From Candidatus Dadabacteria bacterium (GTDB lineage Bacteria; Desulfobacterota_D; UBA1144; Nemesobacterales; CSP1-2), in the NCBI GenBank assembly GCA_963805855.1, contig CAWDVW010000006.1, positions 128,001 through 192,000 on the forward strand: a stretch of 64,000 nucleotides of DNA, written 5' to 3'. Position numbers and translations under genes: made by a program. Below, piece by piece: positions 42,436 through 52,080 of the stretch (position 1 is its first letter; each line of letters begins with the position of its first letter). Under the pieces are notes generated by a model. The model was not told the DNA's origin, did no database searches, and saw nothing but the letters and a program-made list of their open reading frames with translations.

Positions 42436-42590
42436 TGACATTGACCTACATGCACTCATACATTATCATGAGCTACTATGGAACAACGTAAACTGAATGA
42501 TGCAGAAATTGCGCATATGCAAGTGAGGCTTCCAATTGAGCTGTATAAAATAATTAGACAGGTCGCCTTTATTGAGACAGGGAGGATCGA

Positions 42591-43430
42591 ATGCCTATCT
42601 ATATGGATCGTCATGACATCAAAGGCACGACTGCAACTGAAGTTGCAGAGGCCCATCAGAAAGATCTTGAAATCCAAGACAAGTACGGTTGCAAGGCCCT
42701 GACATATTGGTTTGATGAAGCAAATGGTACGACTTTTTGTTTAATAGAGGCTCCGAGAAAACAAGCTGTAGAGCAGATGCACCATGAAGCTCATGGACAT
42801 GTTCCCAGCGAAATCATCGAAGTCAACCCTGGGGCCGTGAAGGCGTTCCTTGGAAGAATCGAGGACCCGCCAATGCCAACCAAGTCGCCTGCGCCTACCA
42901 GTAACGTACCAATAATAGACTCTGCCTTTCGCACTATCATGTTCACGGATATGGAGGGTTCCACGACTATAACAACACGCCTCGGGGACTCTAAAGCCAT
43001 GGAACTCCTTCGTACTCATGATGCCATTATTCGCGATGTTATAAAGACTCATGATGGCAACGAAGTTAAACACACAGGTGACGGTTTCATGGTTTCCTTT
43101 TGCTCTGTTTCTCGCGCTGTAGAGTGTGCTATGTCTATTCAAAGGGCTGTTGCTTCTTATAATAATAAGGAGCCCATCGCTACTATCCACCTTCGCATTG
43201 GCATCACTGCTGGTGAGCCCGTCACGGGAGGCCAGGATCTATTTGGCTCCACCGTCCAACTCGCTGCTCGCATCTGTGACCATGCTAAACCTGAACAGAT
43301 TTTGGTCACACGTGTAATACAAGATCTGTGCATCGGCAAGAAATTGCCATTTTCCGACCAGGGTGAGATACCGCTACGTGGTTTCGATGAGCCTGTGCGG
43401 CTGTATGAGGTTAGATGGCAGGCGGCATAG
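42591..43430 (+). CDS. DUF4242 (SCO4226-like) domain fused to a class III adenylate/guanylate cyclase
   Basis: MPIYMDRH...AHQKDL...H..AHG; FTDMEGST, KHTGDG, DLFGSTVQLAAR. Confidence 0.9.
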   Translation: MPIYMDRHDIKGTTATEVAEAHQKDLEIQDKYGCKALTYWFDEANGTTFCLIEAPRKQAVEQMHHEAHGHVPSEIIEVNPGAVKAFLGRIEDPPMPTKSPAPTSNVPIIDSAFRTIMFTDMEGSTTITTRLGDSKAMELLRTHDAIIRDVIKTHDGNEVKHTGDGFMVSFCSVSRAVECAMSIQRAVASYNNKEPIATIHLRIGITAGEPVTGGQDLFGSTVQLAARICDHAKPEQILVTRVIQDLCIGKKLPFSDQGEIPLRGFDEPVRLYEVRWQAA

Positions 43431-43518
43431 TATGGAATTATATAAATTTCACAAATGTAATCCACAAATAAACTTAAATGTGCTCTGCTTAATTGTAGCC
43501 GAGACAAATTCAAGAACA

Positions 43519-43612
43519 CTTACCCCGAAAGTTTTTTAGCAAATACTGTGTGTCAAAGAAACTATTACGCCCCCTGGCAGGGGGGGGTAGGGTCAGCCGG
43601 TAGGGTATGGGG
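43519..43612 (+). repeat. G-rich ~92-bp repeat, copy L1
   Basis: Close match to 51134-51225. Confidence 0.85.
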
Positions 43613-43714
43613 GTAGCCTGCCCCCCTATAATAGGTCCATAGTTTAAGTTAGATTTTTGATAGAGAACCCTATATGTCGGGGATATTCTGAATAGCTAGG
43701 AAGCACTACATTCT

Positions 43715-43759
43715 CTATGGTTCCAACTTAATCCGAACTTAATAAAGGGAAGCCGTACA
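43715..43759 (-). repeat. Repeat copy R2 (diverged)
   Basis: CTATGGTTCCAACTTAATCCGAACTTAATAAAGGGAAGCCGTACA. Confidence 0.75.
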
Positions 43760-43822
43760 CTGATTTCTCACTATCTTTGGCTCTAGGAGTCAATTTTGGC
43801 TTTTTCGTCCTTGTGAAATTAC

Positions 43823-44278
43823 CTACCGAACCCTTACTACAGGAACAGCCCCTAGAACTTGGACATATTTTGTTTGGTAACTCCCTGCTCCCATCCCAAT
43901 AGGCATTCCACCTTTTAGATAGGTGCCCTTGCTGTGAGGAGGAATTGTGATGGGAAGTACCGCAGTGGTACTGCTTACCTGTTGGCCAGCGTTGTTATAT
44001 GAGGTGGAGTAGTAGTTGAGTTTTATTTCAATGTCCTTATACGCTATGTCCGCTGTATTCTCAATCGTGACATTACTAATCATAGCTACTCCACCCCAGG
44101 CAATAAAAAAAGACCAGTCAGTAACTTTAATGTACCACTCAGGATGTTGTTTCATTGAAATCGTAGGTTCCATATCTTGAGCCTTGGCAAATGGAGAAAG
44201 TAGGACCAGTAGGATAAACAGTTTTGTCGTTATATGGTTCATGTTTGTATTCTGAGAGCTAGAAGTATTAGTTACCAC
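43823..44278 (-). CDS. Secreted hypothetical protein, paralog of the 33499 gene
   Basis: QHPEWYIKVTDWSFFIAWGGVA...NYYST. Confidence 0.8.
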   Translation of the reverse strand: MVTNTSSSQNTNMNHITTKLFILLVLLSPFAKAQDMEPTISMKQHPEWYIKVTDWSFFIAWGGVAMISNVTIENTADIAYKDIEIKLNYYSTSYNNAGQQVSSTTAVLPITIPPHSKGTYLKGGMPIGMGAGSYQTKYVQVLGAVPVVRVR

Positions 44279-44303
44279 TATTATACACTAGGCTAATCTC
44301 CGT

Positions 44304-44348
44304 CTTTATTCCAGTTTAAACCGAGCTTGACAAAAGGGGAGCGGTACA
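44304..44348 (-). repeat. Repeat copy R3
   Basis: TTCCAGTTTAAACCGAGCTTGACAAAAGGGGAGCGGTACA. Confidence 0.9.
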
Positions 44349-44511
44349 AACTACCCTTTGTACCAATCCATATAGAGACTTTGCAACAACCACAATTCCA
44401 CCTGTCAGAGGGTGTGAGATTCAGTAGCAATCTGTCTATTCCGTAAAGACAATAAAGAATGTCTGCCGGCATTCCACCCGGCTGTTGTGCGACGTTCTCT
44501 ACAGGTAGGAT

Positions 44512-44615
44512 GAGGCAGACTGTTTTCTCATATTAACTCTTCCTCTGTTTTTTTTAATTCAACGGTAAGTGAGCCTATTATTTGGGTTAGCTCTTGATTC
44601 TTTTTACGAAGGCGA
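44512..44615 (-). repeat. 104-bp inverted copy of the IS3 orfA/orfB junction (48089-48192)
   Basis: Exact reverse-complement match by eye. Confidence 0.9.
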
Positions 44616-44714
44616 ATGGCGGATAAGGGAAGTGGTGCGATGTGCGATGATCTGGAGGGAAAAAGAAGGAGGCTGGATCATCAGATAAGCAGGCTTTTTA
44701 GGGCTGAGGGCAAA

Positions 44715-45584
44715 GTGCCTGCCAAATCACGACCCCTTCGTGCTTGCTCACAGGATAGCGGTTCTCGACCATCTGGCTAAAGGGAGATTCTATTGGGGTG
44801 TCGGGTCCGGTACCTTTATAGGTGACTTTGAGGCATTCGGGATTGACCCAAAAACAGGAGAGCAAAGGGAATTAACCAGTGACTCACTGGATTTTATCCT
44901 TAATTTGTGGAAAAACCCGAAGCCCGGTTTTTATGGAAACAACAGATGGAAATTTCGGGTACCAGAACCGCAAAATGACGTAGGTCTTGGCGTAGATATA
45001 AGTCCGTATCAGAGACCGCATCCCCCAATAGCCGTGGCGGGGATAACCGAAAGGTCTGAGACGCTGAGAATCGCCGGAGAACAGGGGATGGATACCCATG
45101 AGCATTAATTTCATACCAAAAAATGTGTTGATGACGCATTGGTCATCGGTCGAAGAAGGAGCCCGAATGTCAGGAAAAAACCCGGATCGCTCGAAATGGC
45201 GGATTGCAAGGGATGTCTATGTCGCCGAGACTACCGAGGACGCCCGTCGGGAGGTAAAGCAGGGAACACTGTCTAGGGATTTTACAGACTACTTTTTCAA
45301 ACTAGTCCCAAGGATTAGGGGCAATTTAAAACACCTTTAAAGTCGATAAATCTATGCCCGATTCGGATGTGACTGCTGACTACATGATCGATAATCTTTG
45401 GTTAGTCGGAAACCCTGATGATGTTGTCGACCAAATTAAAGAAGTTTATCACCATGTTGGCGGCTTTGGGGTGCTGCTTGTGATGGGACATGAATGGAAA
45501 CCCAAAGACAACTGGGTCAGATGCATGAAGCTATTGGTTGAAGAGGTACTGCCGCGCTTGAAAAATTTAGGGAATAACGCTTAA
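44715..45584 (+). pseudogene. LLM-class flavin-dependent oxidoreductase, 5'-truncated and frameshifted
   Basis: CLPNHDPFVLAHRIAVLDHLAKGR, PYQRPHPPIAVA, VGGFGVLL, split across three ORFs. Confidence 0.85.
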
Positions 45585-45681
45585 GGTAGGCTTCGTCGCC
45601 TCCATACTAATCCTCCCAGATCAATGGTGAGCTTCCCTTACGGTGGCAGACGGTACGACGCTCGGATTCCACCTGCATCGA

Positions 45682-46463
45682 TTAATCCGCATGCCTAATC
45701 ATGAACCCCTCCATCAGCGTCTGCAGCATGACGGGTGTCTCCTCCATCGGGTAGTGGCCCGATTCGATCTAGCAAACTCTATGTTGTCATGCCATTTCGT
45801 AAAAGTTGCGCGCTGCGCCTCGATCCGCTCGTTGGGGAGGTCGTATTTTCCGCAGATTACCAGAAATGGCAGAGTGACACAGCCCGCTTCAGGTGAAAAA
45901 TCGTGTAGTGTAAACATATCTAGGTAGCCTCGCGCCGCTGCAGCGGTTCGGGTCTGGCGCGCGCGGCGCATCTTAAACTTCTTCCACTGTGTCGAAAGTC
46001 GGTTACCCATGGCAAAGTCAGGAGTTCATGGAATTTCTCATCATCGGTGATGGAGTCGATGGCTTTCTGCCGCAACTCTTCGGGCATTTGAAGCCGGCTG
46101 CCGAGACCGCAGCGATAGCAACCACACTCTTGAGCGCTCTGGCACGTCGATTGCCAACCGCTCGACGACCATGCCGGTCATTGAGAAGCCAACCAAATGA
46201 ACACGATTCCAACTAAGGTGATCGATCAGCTCGAGCGTATCAGCGGCAGCCTCGGTTTCGTTGTACTCACCCGTGAGGTGGATGGAACGGCCGTACCCGC
46301 GTACGTCGGTCAGCACATAGGTGAATCGATCTACATCGAGATACTGCATAACCGGCTCCCAACTCGTGCAGTCACCCATCCAATCGTTGTAGACAACAAC
46401 CTTCTCGGTCCATGCCCGAGCAATCTGTGTCCCAAGAGTGCCAATGGTCACGACTCCCGTCAC
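45682..46463 (-). pseudogene. Alpha/beta hydrolase, frameshifted
   Basis: DVRGYGRS, HLVGFSMTG, LVICGKYD in different frames. Confidence 0.8.
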
Positions 46464-47023
46464 AATGCTGCAACGCTGAACTATAACGCCACCCGCGGAT
46501 GCCCAGCATCAAATCGCGGGCCCAACATCAATCTCAAATATTTATTCTACTCGTTCCAAATTTAAAACGCACATTACACTGCGCGTCAAAGTGATTGACA
46601 ATTTTTGTTACCAAAGATACCAATGATAACTAAGCGATTAATTCATTCTCCCAATGAACTAGGAGAATGGAACCTGATTACCAAAATGTGTCGTTACAGG
46701 TCTAGGAAATTCTTCTTTTGCGGATCAAAAATTAAGATTCGGTCTATTTTGTACAGGGTTAAATTAAGTTTTTATATGATCTATACACTCAGAACCAAGA
46801 TGGCCTTCTCACAGTTCGTCTTCTCGTGGTGCTGCGCGTCCCCCCCTAGACCAAAAACGCCCAATATCCCAAGACTGATTTCCCTCGCCATTGTTCGACC
46901 GATTTGTCTGGTGACACTGCTGTTCATGATGGTTTCAAGAGTTCCTTTATCAGCTGATGACCTTGATCTTCCAACCTTCATTTTCCATATCGCCACGAAG
47001 TTGAAAAAATACTTAATAATCAT

Positions 47024-47335
47024 TTGGTAAAAAAGACAAGTTTTTCCAATGAATTGTATCTCTGCGAAAAGTGTTACAGACTTTATGCGAGATTCTACGT
47101 AAGGATAGATTACGATGAAGATAAGACTTATACGACAGTGTACGTATGTAGCAAGTGTGAAGAGTTACTTAAAAGTATAAGGGAAGAAGAGATACCCTTA
47201 ATACCCTGTGCTAAATGTGGGGAAGAAAGCTCTAGAATACCGCCTGAGTTTGCTATGGGATTAAACTCCGATTTATGGAACGTATGGTACCAGCCTGTTG
47301 TTTGTCCTGCGTCAACTTTTATTAAGGTTACTTAG
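47024..47335 (+). pseudogene. Zn-ribbon (multiple CxxC) hypothetical protein, probably 5'-truncated
   Basis: CEKC, CSKC, CAKC; no clear RBS. Confidence 0.45.
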
Positions 47336-47385
47336 AAATGAACAGGGTAAGTCTAATTGATTTTTGAGAGTGGAGAGGTGTTAAT

Positions 47386-47763
47386 GTGAGCAAAACTGAA
47401 ACGCCAATGATTAGAAGGTACTGGGAGATGGTTGGTGGTACATTGATTGAAGAATTTCCTGTTGTTAAGGGAACAAGGTACCAAGGAGCGAGGAGAATAG
47501 ATGCGATAATAATTAAAAATGGTGAGAGGAGAATAGCAAAATCAAATGAAGTTTCTTTAAAAGGTAAGGATATTATTTGTGTTCAAGCTAAAAGTCATAG
47601 ACTTGGTATGTATTTAATGGGACAGACGTTTTTCTCTGAGCAGCTATTAAGGAGATTTGAGCCGAGTAGTGTCTCATGCGTTGCTTTATGTGCCAAAGAC
47701 GATGCAGTCCTAAGACCATTAATAGAACAGTATCCACAGATGAAAGTTGTTGTAATTGATTAG
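47386..47763 (+). CDS. Hypothetical protein with a PD-(D/E)XK nuclease-like motif
   Basis: GAGG RBS; E...RIDAIII...CVQAK. Confidence 0.6.
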   Translation: MSKTETPMIRRYWEMVGGTLIEEFPVVKGTRYQGARRIDAIIIKNGERRIAKSNEVSLKGKDIICVQAKSHRLGMYLMGQTFFSEQLLRRFEPSSVSCVALCAKDDAVLRPLIEQYPQMKVVVID

Positions 47764-47900
47764 AGTTGAAATCTCAGAATATCATAACGAGGATGAGTTA
47801 TTAGCTATGTTAGCACCATGGCTACGATATACTGCTCCCCATTAAGGAGTGAGTGTGATTAAGTGAGAAAATATCTGTAATAGACAATGGGGGAGCAACC

Positions 47901-48176
47901 ATGAAACGAAGAAGATGGGATTCTAAAGCCAAGACAAAAATAGTACTTGAAGGTCTGTCCGGTAGACCAGTATCAGACATTTGCAACGACTTCGGAATAC
48001 ATCAGAACCAATACTACACCTGGCGGGACAAGTTTTTATCAGAAGCCCACAGAGCCTTTGAATCCAAAAAAGACGGTGCACAAGTAAATCGCCTTCGTAA
48101 AAAGAATCAAGAGCTAACCCAAATAATAGGCTCACTTACCGTTGAATTAAAAAAAACAGAGGAAGAGTTAATATGA
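47901..48176 (+). CDS. IS3-family transposase OrfA (HTH)
   Basis: KTKIVLEGL...ICNDFGIHQNQYYTWRDKF, ends ELKK. Confidence 0.9.
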   Translation: MKRRRWDSKAKTKIVLEGLSGRPVSDICNDFGIHQNQYYTWRDKFLSEAHRAFESKKDGAQVNRLRKKNQELTQIIGSLTVELKKTEEELI

Positions 48177-48943
48177 GAAAACAGTCTGCCTCTGTATCCT
48201 TTAGTAACGAATACTTACTTACACGAATAAAGGATATAAAAGCGGAACATCCTTTCTGAGGTTATAGAAGAGTATGGGCATATCTAAGATATATAGATGG
48301 ACTAGTAGTTAACAAGAAGCGTGTATACAGGCTTATGAGAGAGAATAACCTTACCGTTAAGCCTAACACAAGACTAATAGCAAAGAGGATATCAGGAAGA
48401 CCAAAGCCAAGACCTGATAGACCCAGACAGTGGTGGGGAGTAGACATGACAAAGGTCATGACTGACAGTGGCCGGGTATATGTAGTAATAGTACTGGACT
48501 GGTATACGAAGAAGATAGTAGGTTACTACAGTGGAACAAGAGCCACAACCATAGAATGGCTGGAAGCTTTAGAGAAAGGACTAAACCGAGAGTTCCCCGG
48601 AGGGGTGAGAGGACATGAATTAAAGCTCATGAGCGATAATGGGAGTCAGCCTACTTCACTTAGTTTTATGAAAGCATGTTCCAATCTGGAAGTAGAGCAA
48701 GCATTTACCAGTTACAATAACCCGAAGGGTAATGCGGATACGGAGAGAATGATAAGAACGATGAAAGAGGAGCTATTTTGGCTAAGAGAGTGGAAGAGTG
48801 AAAGAGAGCTTAGTCATGAGCTGGATAAATGGATTAAGTATTACAACACAAGCTACCTTCATTCAGCACTTGGATACCGAACACCGATTCAGTTAGAAGA
48901 GGAATATTACAGGAATATCACTTCACATGAAAATGCTGCTTGA
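48173..48943 (+). pseudogene. IS3-family transposase OrfB (DDE/rve) with an in-frame stop at 48257
   Basis: HPF*GYRRVWA; WGVDMT, SDNGSQ, ERMIRTMKEE, YYN...HSALGY. Confidence 0.88.
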
Positions 48944-49055
48944 GTAATTTACTTCATAGTAATTACAACTTTTCCTTAGAGCCTTGGCTATAGTATAATA
49001 AGGGTGTAATAGATTTCATTTTAAGCCCTGTATTTAGATAGTCAGGGGTAATTAT

Positions 49056-49541
49056 ATGGCTCAACCAACTGACATAGCTCAGAATCATATTGTAAAAGAC
49101 CTGATGCTTTATCCTGTTTCCCCCTCAATACTTTATTATGTTGAACTGCCGGGAACCAAGTGCAAGATTATCCAAAACAATGGTAACAAACTCTACTGCG
49201 CAAAATATCCTATGCTTAAAGGACTGTTCAGAAAGGACATGGATGAAACTAAGAAATACGGAAAAATAATCTGCTATAAAGTGGCAGAGAAACTGGACAA
49301 CTTCGGCTTTTTCACCTCCGATGAGCGCCCTGAATATGGAATATCGTACGGTATATCCGAAAAAGAATTCGCGTATATGTTTGAGCTAATCGGGGCTAAA
49401 GAAGGCGAGCACTTAGTTGCAATGTTCGCATATCCGGAAAGAGAGGCACTTGAGTCAAAAATCTTTTTTGAAAAACTGCTTAGAAAGACTTACTTCTCCT
49501 ATATTCTAGATAAAAAAATTTTCAATATGTTTTTTGGTTAA
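49056..49541 (+). CDS. Stand-alone GAD-like domain protein (resembles the GatE/AspRS insertion domain)
   Basis: TKCKII...KGLF...GFFTSDERPEYGIS...IGAKEGE resembles GatE GIFHSDELPxYGI. Confidence 0.6.
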   Translation: MAQPTDIAQNHIVKDLMLYPVSPSILYYVELPGTKCKIIQNNGNKLYCAKYPMLKGLFRKDMDETKKYGKIICYKVAEKLDNFGFFTSDERPEYGISYGISEKEFAYMFELIGAKEGEHLVAMFAYPEREALESKIFFEKLLRKTYFSYILDKKIFNMFFG

Positions 49542-49632
49542 GTAAACTCTGTTTTCATCCCCGTAGGGCTCCCTCGGCTCTTGCTCATAAAGCAGCTAAT
49601 AGTTACAAGGTTAGGTTGGGAATGAACGAATA

Positions 49633-49677
49633 CTATAATCCAACTTAGACCGAGCTTGACAAAAGGGGTGCGGTACA
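49633..49677 (-). repeat. Repeat copy R4
   Basis: CTATAATCCAACTTAGACCGAGCTTGACAAAAGGGGTGCGGTACA. Confidence 0.9.
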
Positions 49678-49889
49678 ACGACCATTTAGACTTAATACAT
49701 TATATGACGATTGGGAAAACGCACCATCTTACTCGGGATGACCAATATGGATAACAAAATCGTGCTTGAATGGAGAGGTGCCTTCGACTGGTTTGGCTCA
49801 TCCGAGAACGTCACGGCCAGCCCTGACACTATGAACCCCGCTGCTGGGAACCTCTCTCTGTATACACGGAGTTCCTTAAGGGAATGAGC

Positions 49890-49937
49890 TCGACACAGTG
49901 GAAGAAGTTTAAGATGCGCCGCGCGCGCCAGACCCGA
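49890..49937 (-). repeat. 48-bp inverted copy of 45948-45995
   Basis: Exact reverse-complement match. Confidence 0.9.
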
Positions 49938-49999
49938 GAACCTATGCTGAGAGTAACCTCGCTTCTCTATCCTGTCTTCTTATTGTTATTGGTTCAGGC

Positions 50000-50238
50000 G
50001 GTTTTTCCACAAATTAAGGATAAAATCCAGTGAGTCACTGGTTAATTCCCTTTGCTCTCCTGTTTTTGGGTCAATCCCGAATGCCTCAAAGTCACCTATA
50101 AAGGTACCGGACCGACACCCCAATAGAATCTCCCTTTAGCCAGATGGTCGAGAACCGCTATCCTGTGGGCAAGCCCGAAGGGGTCGTGATTTGGCAGGCA
50201 CTTTGCCCTCAGCCCTAAAAAGCCTGCTTATCTGATGA
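50000..50238 (-). repeat. ~240-bp inverted copy of 44678-44917
   Basis: Reverse-complement match with about three differences. Confidence 0.9.
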
Positions 50239-50648
50239 GTGGTTTAATTCCAAATGGATGGCGGGTGTCTTTCCTCAGCAGGCATGGTCCGTCGCGGGTG
50301 ATGATAATCGCCCGGAAACAAGCCAGGCCAAGACCCAGGGGCACAAGCTCGCACAAGCCATCATCCCCCCCGTAGAGAAAGCCTTGACCCTGAAGTTCTG
50401 GGCTGCCCTCTTCTCCCTCAGGATTACATCAGCCACAAGCATCTCTCCCGATAGTATGTATACGTCCAGCGCACCCCTCATCGGGCACACGCCCAGATGG
50501 AAAACACAGGCTATGTTAATACTTCACCTCGACGAAGGAGTAACAATAACACCAAACTTTGCGCTATAAGACCTATAATCGGGAATTATAGGCATGCTCG
50601 CAGTCTAATTAATAGTTAGGCACAGAAAAGCGCAGGAACTGTCATCCA

Positions 50649-50975
50649 TTGGTAACAAGCTCTGCATACTTTACCACGAACGACGGGGTGAGGCTGCATT
50701 ACCTCGAAGCAGGTCACGGGAGACCACTCGTGCTGCTGCCGGGGTGGACACAGCCGGCCGAGACGTATATCTCGCGGTTCAAATCAGACCCTTACTCCAT
50801 TCTTATTGCTGAAATGCTCTTGAGGAAAACTACAGCCTTACAGGTTGAAAGAATATTTCGCTTTACTTCGGGAAAGGGTGACGCTAAAAAATTAGCCAGG
50901 GAAGGAATAAAACAGGGGTTTACCCATTTTGTTTCTGTCGGGGGGGACGGTACTGCACATGAAGTGGTGAATTGA
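50649..50975 (+). pseudogene. Chimeric ORF: hydrolase N-terminus + HhH-GPD glycosylase fragment + diacylglycerol-kinase-family fragment
   Basis: DGVRLHYLEAGHGRPLVLLPGW / DPYSILIAEMLLRKTT / VSVGGDGTAHEVVN. Confidence 0.7.
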
Positions 50976-51058
50976 AGGCGACAAAGCCAAACTTGATGAC
51001 CTGGTTTCAACGCTCGAGCCAAGCATTGGGTAGGAATCGGAAAACGAAATACTGGATA

Positions 51059-51099
51059 TTGGCCTGGCTTGTTTCCGGGCGATTATCATCACCCGCGAC
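51059..51099 (-). repeat. 41-bp inverted copy of 50291-50331
   Basis: Exact reverse-complement match. Confidence 0.9.
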
Positions 51100-51133
51100 C
51101 GTAGAGGCGGCTTCTAAGTGAATTGATGCATAA

Positions 51134-51225
51134 CCTACCCCGAAATTTTTAGCAAATACTGAGTGTCAAAGAAGCTATTACGCACCCTGCCAGGGGGGGG
51201 GTAGGGTCAGCCCGTAGGGTATGGG
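51134..51225 (+). repeat. G-rich ~92-bp repeat, copy L2
   Basis: TACCCCGAAA...GCAAATACTG...G-run-TAGGGTCAGCC.GTAGGGTATGGG. Confidence 0.85.
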
Positions 51226-51471
51226 TACGTAGGCCAGAGCTTTCATTTTCTTCTCTATAACCCCACAGACAAAAGAAAGCAATAAGGTATAACAACCATG
51301 ATTTCACCTGTCAGAGGGTGTGAGGTGTAGAAACCCACTGTTAGCGGGCATACGCTTTTATGACCAAGAGCCTAGGGAGCCGTGTGACTCCCTCCGCCTT
51401 GGGTTATACGTTTCTCGCTGGTGCAGGTGGGTGCATGCTGGTTTGGGCTACCACTCAGACGACCTGGATTA

Positions 51472-51990
51472 TCACGGCGTGAGCGTAGGTGAAGGCTCGC
51501 AACTGTATGATGCTTGTGCAGGGTCGATTTGGACGATGTTCTTCTGAGCCAGTTCGGTTGTGTACTGCGCTAGTCGGCATAGACACGTCTCAAATTGGGC
51601 TTCAGAAGTGCCGTTTGATTCGGGTTGGACGTCGCAGAACGGTGGTGCATTCCCGAGCGTGAAGGCTACGGAGCACCCTAGGCTGCTGCCATCGCGTATC
51701 GCGGTATTGGCGAACCTGTTCCCGTCGCCCACTGGCTGGGATAATGCACAACCATCAGATGGTAGCGAGTCGCATTGGGATGATGTGCAGTTGTCGAAGT
51801 CGATATTCTCGCAACTGCAAAATACGCCTCCCCAGCAATCTGTGGTCATGGGTACCTTGAAGTAGTCGCATGGGCACTCTGCTACTGCAGCGAGCTCGGC
51901 ACATGGGTCGCCGCCACCGCCATCACCATCACATCCAATGCCTACAGCTAGCAGAAATAGTAACGCTAAGAATATCTTATGAGGCTTCAT
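51472..51990 (-). CDS. Cys-rich hypothetical lipoprotein
   Basis: G-rich RBS, lipobox GIGC, DGDGGGG linker, many Cys. Confidence 0.75.
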   Translation of the reverse strand: MKPHKIFLALLFLLAVGIGCDGDGGGGDPCAELAAVAECPCDYFKVPMTTDCWGGVFCSCENIDFDNCTSSQCDSLPSDGCALSQPVGDGNRFANTAIRDGSSLGCSVAFTLGNAPPFCDVQPESNGTSEAQFETCLCRLAQYTTELAQKNIVQIDPAQASYSCEPSPTLTP

Positions 51991-52080
51991 AATATCCCCC
52001 CCCCTTACGATTTTATTTGAGTAATACGCCTGACAGCACTTGGCAACTTTATCATATGTTTGATGCGAAATGCAAGGATA

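Larger units (their letters stand above)
47828..49056 (+). mobile_element. IS3-family insertion sequence (inactivated)
   Basis: orfA + orfB with an A8 slippery run; imperfect ends TATACTGCTCCCC...GGGGTAATTATA. Confidence 0.8.

Noticed and set aside
48257-48259. TGA recoding in IS3 orfB
   Set aside because: TGA is used as a stop throughout the window; a TGG-to-TGA nonsense change explains it.
51389-51403. TCCCTCCGCC as an att copy of the tRNA-Asn 3' end
   Set aside because: Only about 10 bp match, which is expected by chance; no tRNA-Glu att duplicate was found either.
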